Positions 34,241 to 47,159 are shown, counted from the stretch's first letter. The stretch is DNA of 64,000 bases from an uncultured Candidatus Berkelbacteria bacterium (GCA_903834195.1 CAILIB010000037.1:19-64018), one strand, 5' to 3'. Numbers and translations are program-made. The notes: generated from the sequence alone by a model not told the origin.

Positions 34241-34801
34241 ATGACAGTTGTCTATATTATCCTCGTCGTTCTCGTTATATTTTTCCTTTGGTTGGCTAGT
34301 GCCTACAATGGACTGGTTTCGCTCAAGAATCGCACTGATGAAGCCTGGGCAGATATCGACGTCCAGTTGAAGCGTCGGTACGATTTAGTACCAAAGCTGG
34401 TTGAATCTGTGAAGGGGTATGTAAAGCAAGAGAAGGATGTCCTTGAGAATGTTACCCAAGCACGTGCAAATGCTATTGCTGCTGGAGGAGGTGTTGATGC
34501 AAAAGCTCAGTCTGAAAACGCGCTTACAGGTGCACTCCGAAGTGTTTTCGCAGTTGCTGAAAATTATCCAGATCTAAAATCTTCAGCTAACTTCCAACAA
34601 TTTAGCTCAGAAATGAGTGATATCGAAGATAAGATTCAGGCAGCTCGCCGATTCTATAATGCCAATGTGCGTGACTACAATATTAAGATTGAAGTAGTTC
34701 CAACTAGTTTCTTTGCAAAGAAGCTTGGGTTCTCACAGAAACAACTCTTTACGTTAGATGACGATGTTGCAGCTCGCGAAGACGTTGCTGTAAAGTTTTA
34801 A
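34241..34801 (+). CDS. lemA: LemA-family membrane protein
   Basis: N-terminal transmembrane segment. YNGLVSLKNRTDEAWADIDVQLKRRYDLVPKLVE and ENYPDLKSSANF are typical LemA motifs. Confidence 0.9.
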   Translation: MTVVYIILVVLVIFFLWLASAYNGLVSLKNRTDEAWADIDVQLKRRYDLVPKLVESVKGYVKQEKDVLENVTQARANAIAAGGGVDAKAQSENALTGALRSVFAVAENYPDLKSSANFQQFSSEMSDIEDKIQAARRFYNANVRDYNIKIEVVPTSFFAKKLGFSQKQLFTLDDDVAAREDVAVKF

Positions 34802-34811
34802 GGGTCGCTCG

Positions 34812-35717
34812 ATGACCCTCTATACGCAGGTTAGTTCGAATCGGTCAAAAACGATGGTGTTTTTGGTTGTTTATGTTGTGCTTATTACAGCGCTGGGATG
34901 GGTTATTTCACAGGTCTACGGCAATGTAGATATTCTCTTTTTGGCGGGTATTATCGCAGTAGTACAAGGATGGGTGAGTTTTTACTACTCTGATTCATTG
35001 GCGCTTGCTGCTGCGAAGGCAATTCCCATGGATAAAAAGCAATTCCCAGAAGTGTATCGCGTTGTTGAGAATCTGAGCATTACCGCTGGTTTGCCAATGC
35101 CAACGTTATATGTGCTTGATGACGCTGCAATTAACGCATTTGCAACCGGTCGTAGTCCTGAAAATGCTTCCATTGCAGTAACACTTGGGGCAATTCAGCG
35201 TTTAAATGAGAACGAACTCACTGGTGTATTAGCGCATGAGCTTTCGCACGTGGGAAATGAGGATATTCGCTTGATGAGTATGGTCATGGTGATGGCAGGG
35301 TTGATTGCCCTGGTTTCAGATATCTTTTTGCGCTCGATGTGGTGGGGTGGCGGTCGCCGTCGCGATAGTAATAATAACGGTGATAGTGGTCAGCTCTTCT
35401 TGATTCTCGCTATTGTGATGGCAGTGCTTGCTCCAATTGCGGCCACACTTATCCAGTTGGCAATTTCCCGTAAGCGAGAGTTTATGGCAGATGCAAATGG
35501 GGTTCTCTTAACTCGTTATCCAGAGGGCCTGATTAATGCGCTCAAGAAAATCGGTGGGGATGAAGAACCGCTCGAAGTGGCGAACCGAGGAACTGCCCAT
35601 ATGTATTTTGCGAACCCGCTCAAAAGTCACTGGTTTGCTTCGTTGTTTGATACGCATCCGCCGATTGAGGATCGGATAAAGGCACTGCAAGAGGGTAGTG
35701 GAATGTCTCACGCCTAA
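34812..35717 (+). CDS. htpX: Zinc metalloprotease HtpX (M48)
   Basis: HELSHV zinc motif, INAFATG, four transmembrane segments, and C-terminal THPPIEDRI. Confidence 0.9.
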   Translation: MTLYTQVSSNRSKTMVFLVVYVVLITALGWVISQVYGNVDILFLAGIIAVVQGWVSFYYSDSLALAAAKAIPMDKKQFPEVYRVVENLSITAGLPMPTLYVLDDAAINAFATGRSPENASIAVTLGAIQRLNENELTGVLAHELSHVGNEDIRLMSMVMVMAGLIALVSDIFLRSMWWGGGRRRDSNNNGDSGQLFLILAIVMAVLAPIAATLIQLAISRKREFMADANGVLLTRYPEGLINALKKIGGDEEPLEVANRGTAHMYFANPLKSHWFASLFDTHPPIEDRIKALQEGSGMSHA

Positions 35718-35738
35718 AAAATCTTAACTGAGGTAAAG

Positions 35739-35764
35739 AACCTGGTAATTATGCCAGGTTTTTG
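35739..35764 (+). terminator. Intrinsic terminator after htpX
   Basis: Stem aacctgg/ccaggtt, 8-nt loop, T-run. Confidence 0.75.
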
Positions 35765-35781
35765 GTAGTATACTCGGTATC

Positions 35782-36429
35782 ATGTTCTTCATGGATGAAA
35801 AGAGTGCTCTGCACTACATTGACAAAGTTGGCGGAAAAGAAATTCGCCTTGACCTAGATACACTCTGTTGCGCAATACGTTCGCGTAGGCTCTTCGGATT
35901 TTTACAGTCGGAAAATTTAGATCTACAGGGTTTGCAGGGAACTCTAAATGAGATTCGTGCGCTTGAATTTCTTGTCGCTTCACAGAAGTATGAAAGCGAG
36001 GTAGACGAGTACATTAATACTGCGTTCTTTCTGGCAGACTACGTTTGCAAGCTTCGGTGTAAAAACTGCTCTGAAGATCTTGGCACAATTGCTCTCCTCT
36101 GTCGGGCAGCGATATCGATAGAAGCCATTGTTCAAGAGTTCGGAATTAAGATCGCCTATTGTGTGCGAAAGGTGCGAGACGGTCTAGCGGCAAGGGAATT
36201 ATTTTTCCCGCCAGAGGCGTTTGACGCTGCCATGATTTATACTGCATATTTCTTGTACGGCACAGAAGAAGCGGTGCATAAGATGGATTTCACAGACGAA
36301 AAATCTGAAGAAATTCAGAAGGTGCTGTTACAGCTAGTAGAATTGATTGAGTCTATTTCAATTGACTCACTAATGCTGAGTCAAATTGATTGCTATTTTA
36401 ATTTATTGACAACAATTAGCTACATTTAG
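35782..36429 (+). CDS. Hypothetical Cys-rich cytoplasmic protein (215 aa), orphan
   Basis: Own -10 (TATACT 35769-35774, 7 nt before the ATG) and own terminator. No recognisable motif. Confidence 0.5.
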   Translation: MFFMDEKSALHYIDKVGGKEIRLDLDTLCCAIRSRRLFGFLQSENLDLQGLQGTLNEIRALEFLVASQKYESEVDEYINTAFFLADYVCKLRCKNCSEDLGTIALLCRAAISIEAIVQEFGIKIAYCVRKVRDGLAARELFFPPEAFDAAMIYTAYFLYGTEEAVHKMDFTDEKSEEIQKVLLQLVELIESISIDSLMLSQIDCYFNLLTTISYI

Positions 36430-36437
36430 TGTCTCAT

Positions 36438-36470
36438 GGTGCCACCGGGTCTTCCCGATGGCACCCTTTT

Positions 36471-36471
<1 letters not shown>
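36438..36471 (+). terminator. Intrinsic terminator
   Basis: Stem ggtgcca/tggcacc with inner cggg/cccg pairing, then a T5 run. Confidence 0.85.
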
Positions 36472-39189
<2,718 letters not shown>

Positions 39190-39224
39190 TTGACAGGTAT
39201 TAGGGGCGGGCAGATAATTAACCA

Positions 39225-40052
39225 ATGACACATATCCATACTACCAAAAAAGCAGCAGTCGTATTTGCAGTTGTTGCTGTGCTTGCTATATTTCTACCGA
39301 CGCTCGAGATTCCTCTCAATATTGGAAATGTGTTGAATGCAACTTCAATTTTTTATAGCGTCTTACTCGGGTTTTACATTGCTAGTGCGATGACAAATTT
39401 GAGTCGGCTCAAATCGTTGGTTGCAATTGAAACTGGAGGTATTATTTCGGTGTACCACCTCTGTAAAATTGCACTGCCAAACAAACTTGATACGATTCGT
39501 GAGTCAATCGATCGCTATTTAATTAAGCGCTTCGATTACGAAGTTTCAGATTATACCGAACCAACAACTGAAGAATTTTTTGCAATCTTTGATGTATTGA
39601 AAGGTGCAGACCCTAAATCAGCTGGAGAAGTTTCAGCAATGAACTATATTGCTGAAGCGCATTATTACATTGCACAAGCTCGTCGTGAAATTACAATCGT
39701 AGGTGCTAAAATAGTTTCTGGAACTTCCTGGGTTGTGCTTAATCTACTCTCGTTCATGATTGTGCTGATGATCTTCCTCATGCGCGATGGTGGAATTGCT
39801 TCTACAATTGTAACCATCTTTTTGTCATCTTCGGCGATTATCTCACTGTTCATTTTGGATGATGTTGACGGTAATCGATTTGGTGAGGAAAAGTTCTCAG
39901 TTGAAACCTATCAGGCTGTATTTAAGGCAATTGGAAATCTTCCGTATTATCCGCATATCTTTGTATTAACAAGTCGATATAAGCCAAAAGAAAAAGTATA
40001 TCGAACAGGTACTTCGGCACATATTATACAAATTGGTCATGCAAAGTCGTGA
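39225..40052 (+). CDS. Hypothetical membrane protein (2 N-terminal and 2 C-terminal TM segments)
   Basis: 275-aa ORF. GATAAT -10 lies 6 nt before the ATG. Architecture resembles DUF4239-type proteins (not verified). Confidence 0.5.
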   Translation: MTHIHTTKKAAVVFAVVAVLAIFLPTLEIPLNIGNVLNATSIFYSVLLGFYIASAMTNLSRLKSLVAIETGGIISVYHLCKIALPNKLDTIRESIDRYLIKRFDYEVSDYTEPTTEEFFAIFDVLKGADPKSAGEVSAMNYIAEAHYYIAQARREITIVGAKIVSGTSWVVLNLLSFMIVLMIFLMRDGGIASTIVTIFLSSSAIISLFILDDVDGNRFGEEKFSVETYQAVFKAIGNLPYYPHIFVLTSRYKPKEKVYRTGTSAHIIQIGHAKS

Positions 40053-40684
40053 TTAAACTTCCAGAATCTGACGCCGTCATTTTTGACATGAACGGCACCA
40101 TAATTGATGATGACATTTTTCACGAACAAGCGTTCGTTGAGTTCTTTCGGGTGCATAACTTGCCGTATTCTGTGGAAGACTTTCGACGTGATCACCGGGC
40201 GGCGCGAAGTAATGAAATTATGGAAGCGCTATTTGGACATTTGTCGCAGGAAGAAAGTAATAAACTGGCTGAAGAAAAAGAAACGATTTATCGGCGCCTC
40301 TATGCTCCGCACATCCACGCTATTCCAGGGTTTCTTGATTTCATTGAACAGTTGCGAGCTCAGGAAACACCAATTGCACTTGCGACATCTTCACCACAAT
40401 TAAATGTGAGTTTTACCATTGATGCTCTCGGGTTGCAGTGGAAGTTTAATCAAGTTGTGACTGGACGAGAAGTGGTAAACCCAAAACCTAGTCCTGAAAT
40501 CTACTTTTTAACAGCTGAGCGTTTAGGTGTAGATCCGTCCGAATGTCTCGTTTTTGAAGACTCGCCAGTCGGAATTGCTGCAGCAGTTGCGGCGGGAATG
40601 CGCGTGATTGTGCGTGGTAAAACTGATAATATCTCTCCGCTCATTTTGGGGTGTATTTCCGATTACACCGAAGTTGAACTATAG
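40049..40684 (+). CDS. HAD-superfamily hydrolase (beta-phosphoglucomutase-like subfamily)
   Basis: Motif I variant FDMNGTI, motif II ALATSS, and motif III/IV K...FEDSPVGIAAAVAAG. Confidence 0.75.
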   Translation: MIKLPESDAVIFDMNGTIIDDDIFHEQAFVEFFRVHNLPYSVEDFRRDHRAARSNEIMEALFGHLSQEESNKLAEEKETIYRRLYAPHIHAIPGFLDFIEQLRAQETPIALATSSPQLNVSFTIDALGLQWKFNQVVTGREVVNPKPSPEIYFLTAERLGVDPSECLVFEDSPVGIAAAVAAGMRVIVRGKTDNISPLILGCISDYTEVEL

Positions 40685-40718
40685 TACGTCGTTGAAGGTG
40701 GAAACGCGCCCAAACATC

Positions 40719-40727
40719 TGGTAGCAT
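40719..40727 (+). promoter_or_regulatory. Extended -10 TGgTAGCAT, 8 nt upstream of the gatC ATG
   Basis: TG at 40719-40720, TAGCAT at 40722-40727, ATG at 40736. Confidence 0.45.
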
Positions 40728-40735
40728 ACCTGTAT

Positions 40736-41059
40736 ATGAATGAGCTATCTCGCGACGATATTCGTCACTTATCCCATCTTTCCCGCCTCGAACTCACCGA
40801 TGAGGAATATGCGCGTTACGCAACGCAGCTTTCTTCAGTGGTGCAGTATGTTGCCCAACTTCAAAGTGTCGATACAAGTTCGGTTCAAGCACATCTTGGT
40901 GTGACTGGATTAACCAATGTATTAGCTGATGATGTTGTACGTGAAAAAGGTACGCCTGCAGACATTGAGCCGATGGATGTTATTAATAAGGCACCGCGTC
41001 ATCATGGTCGGCTGATTGAGGTTCGCGCAGTATTGGGTGGAGAGGTAGGTGCAGCATGA
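40736..41059 (+). CDS. gatC: Asp/Glu-tRNA amidotransferase subunit C
   Basis: LSRDDIRHLSHLSRLELTDEE is typical of the GatC N-terminus. Overlaps gatA by 4 nt. Confidence 0.9.
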   Translation: MNELSRDDIRHLSHLSRLELTDEEYARYATQLSSVVQYVAQLQSVDTSSVQAHLGVTGLTNVLADDVVREKGTPADIEPMDVINKAPRHHGRLIEVRAVLGGEVGAA

Positions 41060-42561
41060 GTGTGAAAACCTACGTCAACAAACCGCTTAATGAGCTGACA
41101 ATTGAAGAAACAGCTAAAGGATTAGCTGAAGCAGTGTTCACTTCTCGTGAAATTACCGAAGTTTGCCTAGAACATATCGAACGCCACGATGGTGAAATTA
41201 ATAGTTTTGTCACAATTACGGCTGATCTAGCACGATCTCAGGCTGATGCTTCGGATGCTCGTCGGGCTTCAGGAAAAACACTTGGAATTCTCGACGGTGT
41301 GCCGTACAACTTGAAGGATGTCTTCGCAACCGATGATTCCCCAACTACAGCATCATCCCACATGCTGGAAGGTTGGGTAGCGCCGTACAATGCTACAACG
41401 TATCGCAATCTTCGTGATGCTGGAGCTGTGTTACTTGGTAAAACTAACACCGACGAATTCACCATGGGAACCTCGTCTGAAACGTCGTACTTTGGCGTAT
41501 CGCGTAATCCATGGAATCCAGAACACGTTGCTGGAGGTTCAAGTGGTGGCCCAGCTGCAAGTATTGCAGCTCATATGAGCATCTTCTCAATTGGAACCGA
41601 CACAGGCGGATCCATTCGTTTGCCGGCTGCATTTTGTGGAGTAACTGGCTTGAAGCCAACCTATGGTCGCGTCAGTCGGTTTGGTGAAATCGCCATGGCG
41701 TCATCACTTGATCAAACTGGTCCGATTACAAAAACCGTGCGCGACACCGCGATTGTACTTGAGGTACTAGCTGGTAATGATCCATTGGATGCTACGTCAT
41801 CGTCAGAAGTTGTACCTGTGTATAGTAAAGAATTAGGTGACATTAAAGGTTTGCGCATTGGTGTGCCAAAAGAGTTTTTTGGAGAGGGTGTACGTCCAGA
41901 ATTAGAAACAGTTGTTCGCACGGCAATTGCGGATCTCGAAAAAGCAGGTGCTACGGTGGTTGAAGTTTCGCTTCCTGCTGCTATTCACTCGCTTGCTGCG
42001 TACTACATTATTGCGCCGGCCGAAGTATCCTCAAACATGTCTCGCTACGATGGAATTCGTTATGGCTATTCTGTAGAGCGGGAAGAGTCCAAAGAAAATC
42101 ATACATTATACGATATTTACGCAAAAAGTCGTGCCCATGGTCTTGGTTCAGAAGTAAAGCGCCGTATTATGCTGGGTAACCACGTGCTTTCATCAGGGTA
42201 CTATGATGCGTACTATACAAAAGCTGAGCAAGTGCGTGCTGTTGTACGCGAAGAATTTGAGAACATCTTCAAAACTGAAAACATTGACGTTCTCATGGCG
42301 CCAATTTCACCAAACATTGCGTTCAAAGTAGGCGAGAAGATCAACGATCCGCTCGCAATGTACAAAGAAGATGTACTTACTGTGCCAGTCAATATTTCTG
42401 GAACGCCAGGTATGAGCGTGCCATGTGGCATTGTTGACGATTTGCCAGTCGGGTTACAAATTATCGGACCACGCTTTGGTGAAATTGCGGTTTTACGGGC
42501 AGGGGCAGCCTTCCAATCTATTACTAATCATCACCTTCAGAAAGCTAATCTCCTGTCATGA
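41056..42561 (+). CDS. gatA: Asp/Glu-tRNA amidotransferase subunit A
   Basis: Amidase signature GGSSGGPAASIAA...GTDTGGSIRLPAAFCGVTGLKPTYG. Confidence 0.95.
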   Translation: MSVKTYVNKPLNELTIEETAKGLAEAVFTSREITEVCLEHIERHDGEINSFVTITADLARSQADASDARRASGKTLGILDGVPYNLKDVFATDDSPTTASSHMLEGWVAPYNATTYRNLRDAGAVLLGKTNTDEFTMGTSSETSYFGVSRNPWNPEHVAGGSSGGPAASIAAHMSIFSIGTDTGGSIRLPAAFCGVTGLKPTYGRVSRFGEIAMASSLDQTGPITKTVRDTAIVLEVLAGNDPLDATSSSEVVPVYSKELGDIKGLRIGVPKEFFGEGVRPELETVVRTAIADLEKAGATVVEVSLPAAIHSLAAYYIIAPAEVSSNMSRYDGIRYGYSVEREESKENHTLYDIYAKSRAHGLGSEVKRRIMLGNHVLSSGYYDAYYTKAEQVRAVVREEFENIFKTENIDVLMAPISPNIAFKVGEKINDPLAMYKEDVLTVPVNISGTPGMSVPCGIVDDLPVGLQIIGPRFGEIAVLRAGAAFQSITNHHLQKANLLS

Positions 42562-43214
42562 AGCCGAGTACTTTAGTTATTATTGCCGTTGTATTACTCA
42601 TCCCAGTTATTGCATTTTTTGCAACTCGGGACTCATCCACTAACTCATCGCCTGTGACCACTCCAACCCCAAGTCCATCCGCTACTGGCTACACTGCTCC
42701 TGCAGATGCAGTAAGCGCAACTAAAGTTGTGCTCAAAACCGACAAAGGAAATATTACCATTGATCTCTTCCCAGACGTTGCTCCGCTCGCTGTAAAGAAT
42801 TTCGTTACTCTTGGTAAAAGTGGGTACTACACCAATACATTCTTCCACCGCATTATGAAGGACTTCATGATTCAAGGTGGTGACCCAACAGGCACAGGAA
42901 GTGGTGGTTCAAGTATTTATGGTACTGGGTTTAAAACTGAAACAAATTCAGCAAAACAGTTCCACAAGGGAACGTTAGGAATGGCTCGTACCTCAGATCC
43001 AAACTCAAATGGAAGTCAGTTCTTTATTGTTACTGCAACTGATCAACCAAGTTTGAATAATCAGTACACTGTGTTTGGTCAAGTTGACGATGATGCGTCA
43101 ATGGCAGTAGTGACAGCGATTGCAAGTGTTCCTACAACTACAAATCCAAACACTGGTGAAAATAGTGTACCGAGCGTGCAGGTTCACGTTACCGGTTTTG
43201 ATATTATTCAGTAA
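42558..43214 (+). CDS. Membrane-anchored/secreted cyclophilin-type peptidyl-prolyl isomerase
   Basis: N-terminal transmembrane segment. FHRIMKDFMIQGGDPTGTGSGG and NGSQFFIV cyclophilin motifs. Overlaps gatA by 4 nt. Confidence 0.9.
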   Translation: MKPSTLVIIAVVLLIPVIAFFATRDSSTNSSPVTTPTPSPSATGYTAPADAVSATKVVLKTDKGNITIDLFPDVAPLAVKNFVTLGKSGYYTNTFFHRIMKDFMIQGGDPTGTGSGGSSIYGTGFKTETNSAKQFHKGTLGMARTSDPNSNGSQFFIVTATDQPSLNNQYTVFGQVDDDASMAVVTAIASVPTTTNPNTGENSVPSVQVHVTGFDIIQ

Positions 43215-43223
43215 TATATTTTT

Positions 43224-43697
43224 ATGGCTGAGTATCGTGGAAAAAAAGGCAAGAAACAGAACTCTGAAAGTAGTGAGGCAGTAATTGTTGAAGCAATTTT
43301 ACGAGGTATTTGGACCATAATTAGCTTTCCGTTTCGTGGTAAAGCAAGTAGGGGTCCGCGAATTGCACCTGCTATTGCATCGCAACTTGCAAGTCACTGG
43401 CCTGATATCGAAACGCATCTCCACGCCCAGCAAACACTTGCGTTAGCAGTTTCTGACGCTGACAAGTTATTGGATGCAGCCATGCAGGCTGCGTCGATTC
43501 CTGGCAAGAATATGGGTGAGCGCTTAATGCAAGCAAAAAACATTTTTGGTAAAGATTTATACCAGCGTATTTGGGATGCCCACAAACTGCGTAATACTCT
43601 TGCCCACGAAATGGGTACGCAGGTATCAAGTGTTGAAGCATCATTTGCAGTTTCAACTTTTCGCTCAGCTCTGCGTGAATTAGGAGTGCCTGTATGA
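43224..43697 (+). CDS. Hypothetical protein with an Rx4H motif (HEPN/DUF4145-like C-terminal helical domain)
   Basis: 157 aa. C-terminal WDAHKLRNTLAHE contains R-N-T-L-A-H. Basic N-terminus with a hydrophobic stretch. Overlaps gatB by 4 nt. Confidence 0.4.
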   Translation: MAEYRGKKGKKQNSESSEAVIVEAILRGIWTIISFPFRGKASRGPRIAPAIASQLASHWPDIETHLHAQQTLALAVSDADKLLDAAMQAASIPGKNMGERLMQAKNIFGKDLYQRIWDAHKLRNTLAHEMGTQVSSVEASFAVSTFRSALRELGVPV

Positions 43698-45142
43698 GTT
43701 CGCTACCGTACCGATATATTGTTGGCTTGGAAGTTCATGCCGAGCTGAACACTGAAACTAAGATGTTCTGCCGATGTGTGAATAAGCCTTTTGGTAGTGA
43801 ACCGAATACAAATGTGTGTCCGGTCTGTTTAGGGTTGCCAGGAACACTTCCGGTACCTAACCGTGAAGCAGTTAAGAAAACCATTTTGGTTGGTTTGGCA
43901 TTGGAAAGCACTATTCCAAAAATATCGAAGTGGGATCGCAAGCACTACTTTTACCCGGATAGTCCAAAGGCGTACCAGATTTCGCAGTCCGATATGCCAC
44001 TTTGTGTGGGTGGGCATTTAGATTTACTTGCGCCGGATGGTTCAGTAGAAAGTACTGTCCGATTTGAGCGAGTTCACCTAGAAGAAGATGCTGGCAAACT
44101 TCAGCATGCTGCCGGCGGAGTAAGTCACGTTGACTTAAATCGTGCTGGGGTTCCGCTGATTGAAATGGTTTCAAAACCAGACCTGACATCACCTGAACAA
44201 GCTCGGCGGTTCTTGCAGGAATTGCGACTCTTGGTTCGAGCTGTGGGTGTTTCTGATGCTGATATGGAAAAAGGTCAGATGCGTTGTGATGTGAACATTA
44301 ACATTGCATTTGAGCATGAAGGTACAACAATTAAAACACCAATTACCGAAGTCAAGAATGTGAATTCAACCCGTGCAGTTGAACGTTCAATTGCCACTGA
44401 AGCACAGCGTCAGTACGATGAATGGATGGCAGATGGCCCAATTCGTACTCGCACCAATAAGCTAACCTCGGGTTGGGATGAAGACACAAATGAGGTGAAG
44501 ATTCAGCGTGCTAAAGAAGGTGCTAACGATTATCGTTATTTTCCAGAGCCTGATATTCCACCAGTTGCAGTATACGAGCTTGCTGATCTCAATCCGAAAA
44601 CTCTCGTAAAAACCTTGCCTGAGTTGCCGAATTCAATTCGGAAACAGTATGCCAAAGAAGTTGGAGCTGATCTTGAATCTATCCTTTCTGATCGGGAAGA
44701 AATTGAGTACTTTAAGCAGTATATTGCCGAAGGTATGCCTGCAAAGGTTGTAGCAAACTGGATTAAACAGGTTCCAGATTTTCTCAGTGTTGCGCAAGAT
44801 GGTGACGTTCTTGCAGTGTATGGTCTGATTAAATCAGGTGATATGTCATTTTCGGCATTCAAAGAAAAAGTGGCACAATTTACTGCTGATCTTCATTCTT
44901 CACGCGAGCGAACAGCCAAAGATACAGCTCAGACCCTTGGCCTACTGCAAGTACATGATGAGAATGTGGTACAATCAGCTATAGCAGAAGTGATTGCTGC
45001 TAACCCGCAAGCTGTTGCTGATTATAAGTCAGGAAACGAGCGTATCATCGGATTCATCGTTGGACAGGTGATGAAAAAAGCTGCTGGCAAAGCCCAGCCA
45101 GCCCACGTGCAGGAAGCAGTTAAGGCAGAACTCGCAAAATAA
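43694..45142 (+). CDS. gatB: Asp/Glu-tRNA amidotransferase subunit B
   Basis: IVGLEVHAELNTETKMFC, CPVCLGLPGTLP, HLEEDAGK, and a C-terminal YqeY-like tail. Confidence 0.95.
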   Translation: MSSLPYRYIVGLEVHAELNTETKMFCRCVNKPFGSEPNTNVCPVCLGLPGTLPVPNREAVKKTILVGLALESTIPKISKWDRKHYFYPDSPKAYQISQSDMPLCVGGHLDLLAPDGSVESTVRFERVHLEEDAGKLQHAAGGVSHVDLNRAGVPLIEMVSKPDLTSPEQARRFLQELRLLVRAVGVSDADMEKGQMRCDVNINIAFEHEGTTIKTPITEVKNVNSTRAVERSIATEAQRQYDEWMADGPIRTRTNKLTSGWDEDTNEVKIQRAKEGANDYRYFPEPDIPPVAVYELADLNPKTLVKTLPELPNSIRKQYAKEVGADLESILSDREEIEYFKQYIAEGMPAKVVANWIKQVPDFLSVAQDGDVLAVYGLIKSGDMSFSAFKEKVAQFTADLHSSRERTAKDTAQTLGLLQVHDENVVQSAIAEVIAANPQAVADYKSGNERIIGFIVGQVMKKAAGKAQPAHVQEAVKAELAK

Positions 45143-45157
45143 TCCTAATCATACGGT

Positions 45158-46870
45158 ATGGAGTCGATGAGCGAGGGGGCTCAGTCTAGCTCTCAGGAAG
45201 AAACTGAAGAGTCTGAAGTCTCCAAAACAAGCGTTAAGAAATCAGCAGAATCCGTGCTTCCTGAAATTACAGAAGCCGATGCTGAAGAGCTTGGTGTAAC
45301 CGGACCACCGGCAAAACACAAATCTCACCTTTGGTGGTGGATATTCGGTGTTGTTGTAGTTCTCGGTGTGTTCGCAGTGTTGGTGTGGCAGTTCAAATGG
45401 TATCAGCCAGTATATGACCGCTACCAAGCTGGGTCAGTCAGTATAAAAGTTGAAGAGGACGGTAAGTTTCCGATTCAGGATGCAACACTTATTTTAAATG
45501 GTTCAACGTATACATCTAATGCAGATGGTCGCGTTGATATTTCAAGTATCGTAGCTGGCACATATACTCTTTCATTAAAAAAAGTTGGCTATCAAGATGT
45601 TGCTGCAACACTCACGTTACATCGGGGTGTAAACGATATTCAGACAGTTGCTATCACGCGTACCCCAGATAAGTTATATGCGATTAAAGGCTTTGCTCAA
45701 GACTACGTGAGCGGTCTACCAATTACCAATGTAACAGTGACATTGGGTAACACAATTCTAAAAACTGACGCTGCTGGTGCATATACATTTGATAAGCAGC
45801 TAAATGGTGACTACACGATTAGCTTAAGTAAATCTGGCTATATAAATAAGCAGCTTACAGTAACAGTTAAAGATGCAGATAGTGTTGCTGCACAGGTTCC
45901 ACTTGTTCCAGTTGGAACAGTAATCTTTACCTCAAATCAGAGTGGTAAGCGTGGGTTATATAGTATTAATTATGATGGTTCAGGCCGACAGGCAGTGGTG
46001 CCAAGTAACGGTGAAGAATACTCGCAAATGCTCTCTCCTGATGGCAAGATGATAGCCTTCTTGTCGACGCGTGATTCAGTACGAAACTCGTACGGCACAG
46101 TTGTTCCGCTTCTCTACGTATCAGGTACAGATGGTAAAAACATCAAAAAGGTCAGTGACGATATTATAAGTGGTACCGTGATCGTATGGTCACCTTCGAG
46201 TCGGTATATTTACTTTGAAGGCTACTCGGATCCTCAGCTCACAAAATCGACTAATCGCATTTTTGATGTGAGTACTGGTGTTACTCAGGATCTTGGAACA
46301 AATGATCAATGGGAAGCCTTTTCACCAGATGGTGGAACTGCGATTTATGTTACGAACACAACGGTTAATACAATTTCACAGTTTACTATTTCTACGCTCA
46401 CAATGGCGAATGGTCAGCGGACAGATTTGGTAAACCAGGGGACGGGGTATGCTTCGAATATTGTCTACGCACTCGATGGTAAGAGTATTACCTATGATAC
46501 TGTTTCTGGTGGTTCACATGTACGGTATAAGCTCGACCTTGCTTCTACAACTCCGCAGGTAATTGATGCTGTACGAGCTGATTCTCGAGTGTATGTGGTT
46601 TCGCCAGATAAGAAGTTGAAGGCATTTGTAGATACGCGTGACGGCAAAACTGACGTCTACATGGTAAAATTGGATGGCACTGCTGAACAGCGGCTAACAA
46701 CTGTTGGGGTTGCTGCTCCTGCAGGTCCAATCACTTGGGATGTTACAAGTACGTATATTACCTTCGGTTTAAAACGTGAAGGTGAACAGGCGTTGTATGT
46801 TGTTTCTACCAAAGGTGGTGAGCCTAAAAAGGTGGTAGATTATTACGACAACTCAGCGAATTCTCAGTAA
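45158..46870 (+). CDS. Membrane-anchored protein with carboxypeptidase-regulatory-like domains and a TolB-like beta-propeller
   Basis: Transmembrane segment near aa 60. Three ~75-aa beta-sandwich segments (e.g. ADGRVDISSIVAGTYTLSLKKVGYQD). Repeated SPDGK/SPSSR/SPDGG/SPDKK propeller-blade motifs. Confidence 0.65.
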   Translation: MESMSEGAQSSSQEETEESEVSKTSVKKSAESVLPEITEADAEELGVTGPPAKHKSHLWWWIFGVVVVLGVFAVLVWQFKWYQPVYDRYQAGSVSIKVEEDGKFPIQDATLILNGSTYTSNADGRVDISSIVAGTYTLSLKKVGYQDVAATLTLHRGVNDIQTVAITRTPDKLYAIKGFAQDYVSGLPITNVTVTLGNTILKTDAAGAYTFDKQLNGDYTISLSKSGYINKQLTVTVKDADSVAAQVPLVPVGTVIFTSNQSGKRGLYSINYDGSGRQAVVPSNGEEYSQMLSPDGKMIAFLSTRDSVRNSYGTVVPLLYVSGTDGKNIKKVSDDIISGTVIVWSPSSRYIYFEGYSDPQLTKSTNRIFDVSTGVTQDLGTNDQWEAFSPDGGTAIYVTNTTVNTISQFTISTLTMANGQRTDLVNQGTGYASNIVYALDGKSITYDTVSGGSHVRYKLDLASTTPQVIDAVRADSRVYVVSPDKKLKAFVDTRDGKTDVYMVKLDGTAEQRLTTVGVAAPAGPITWDVTSTYITFGLKREGEQALYVVSTKGGEPKKVVDYYDNSANSQ

Positions 46871-46886
46871 TAATTGGTGAAATAAT

Positions 46887-47153
46887 ATGGTATCGGCCCT
46901 CGATATACTCTACATAGTTCTTGCCCTCTGCAGCATAGTGCTCACCGTGGTTATTGTGATATTTCTCCTTGAGGCAACAGGTGCTGTTCGTGAGGTGCGC
47001 AGCATTTCTCAGAATATTGAGCATATTACAGTCCTCATTGAGCGGATTTCACAAATTGCATTCCCTGGAATAGAAAAAGCAGCCAAAAGTGCCGATTTTC
47101 TCGGGACAAAAGTCGCTGGATTTCTAAAGAAAAAGTCAGATTGGTTTAAGTAA
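46887..47153 (+). CDS. Small membrane-anchored protein (DUF948-like)
   Basis: 88 aa. N-terminal transmembrane segment followed by an amphipathic helical region. Confidence 0.45.
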   Translation: MVSALDILYIVLALCSIVLTVVIVIFLLEATGAVREVRSISQNIEHITVLIERISQIAFPGIEKAAKSADFLGTKVAGFLKKKSDWFK

Positions 47154-47159
47154 GCATGT

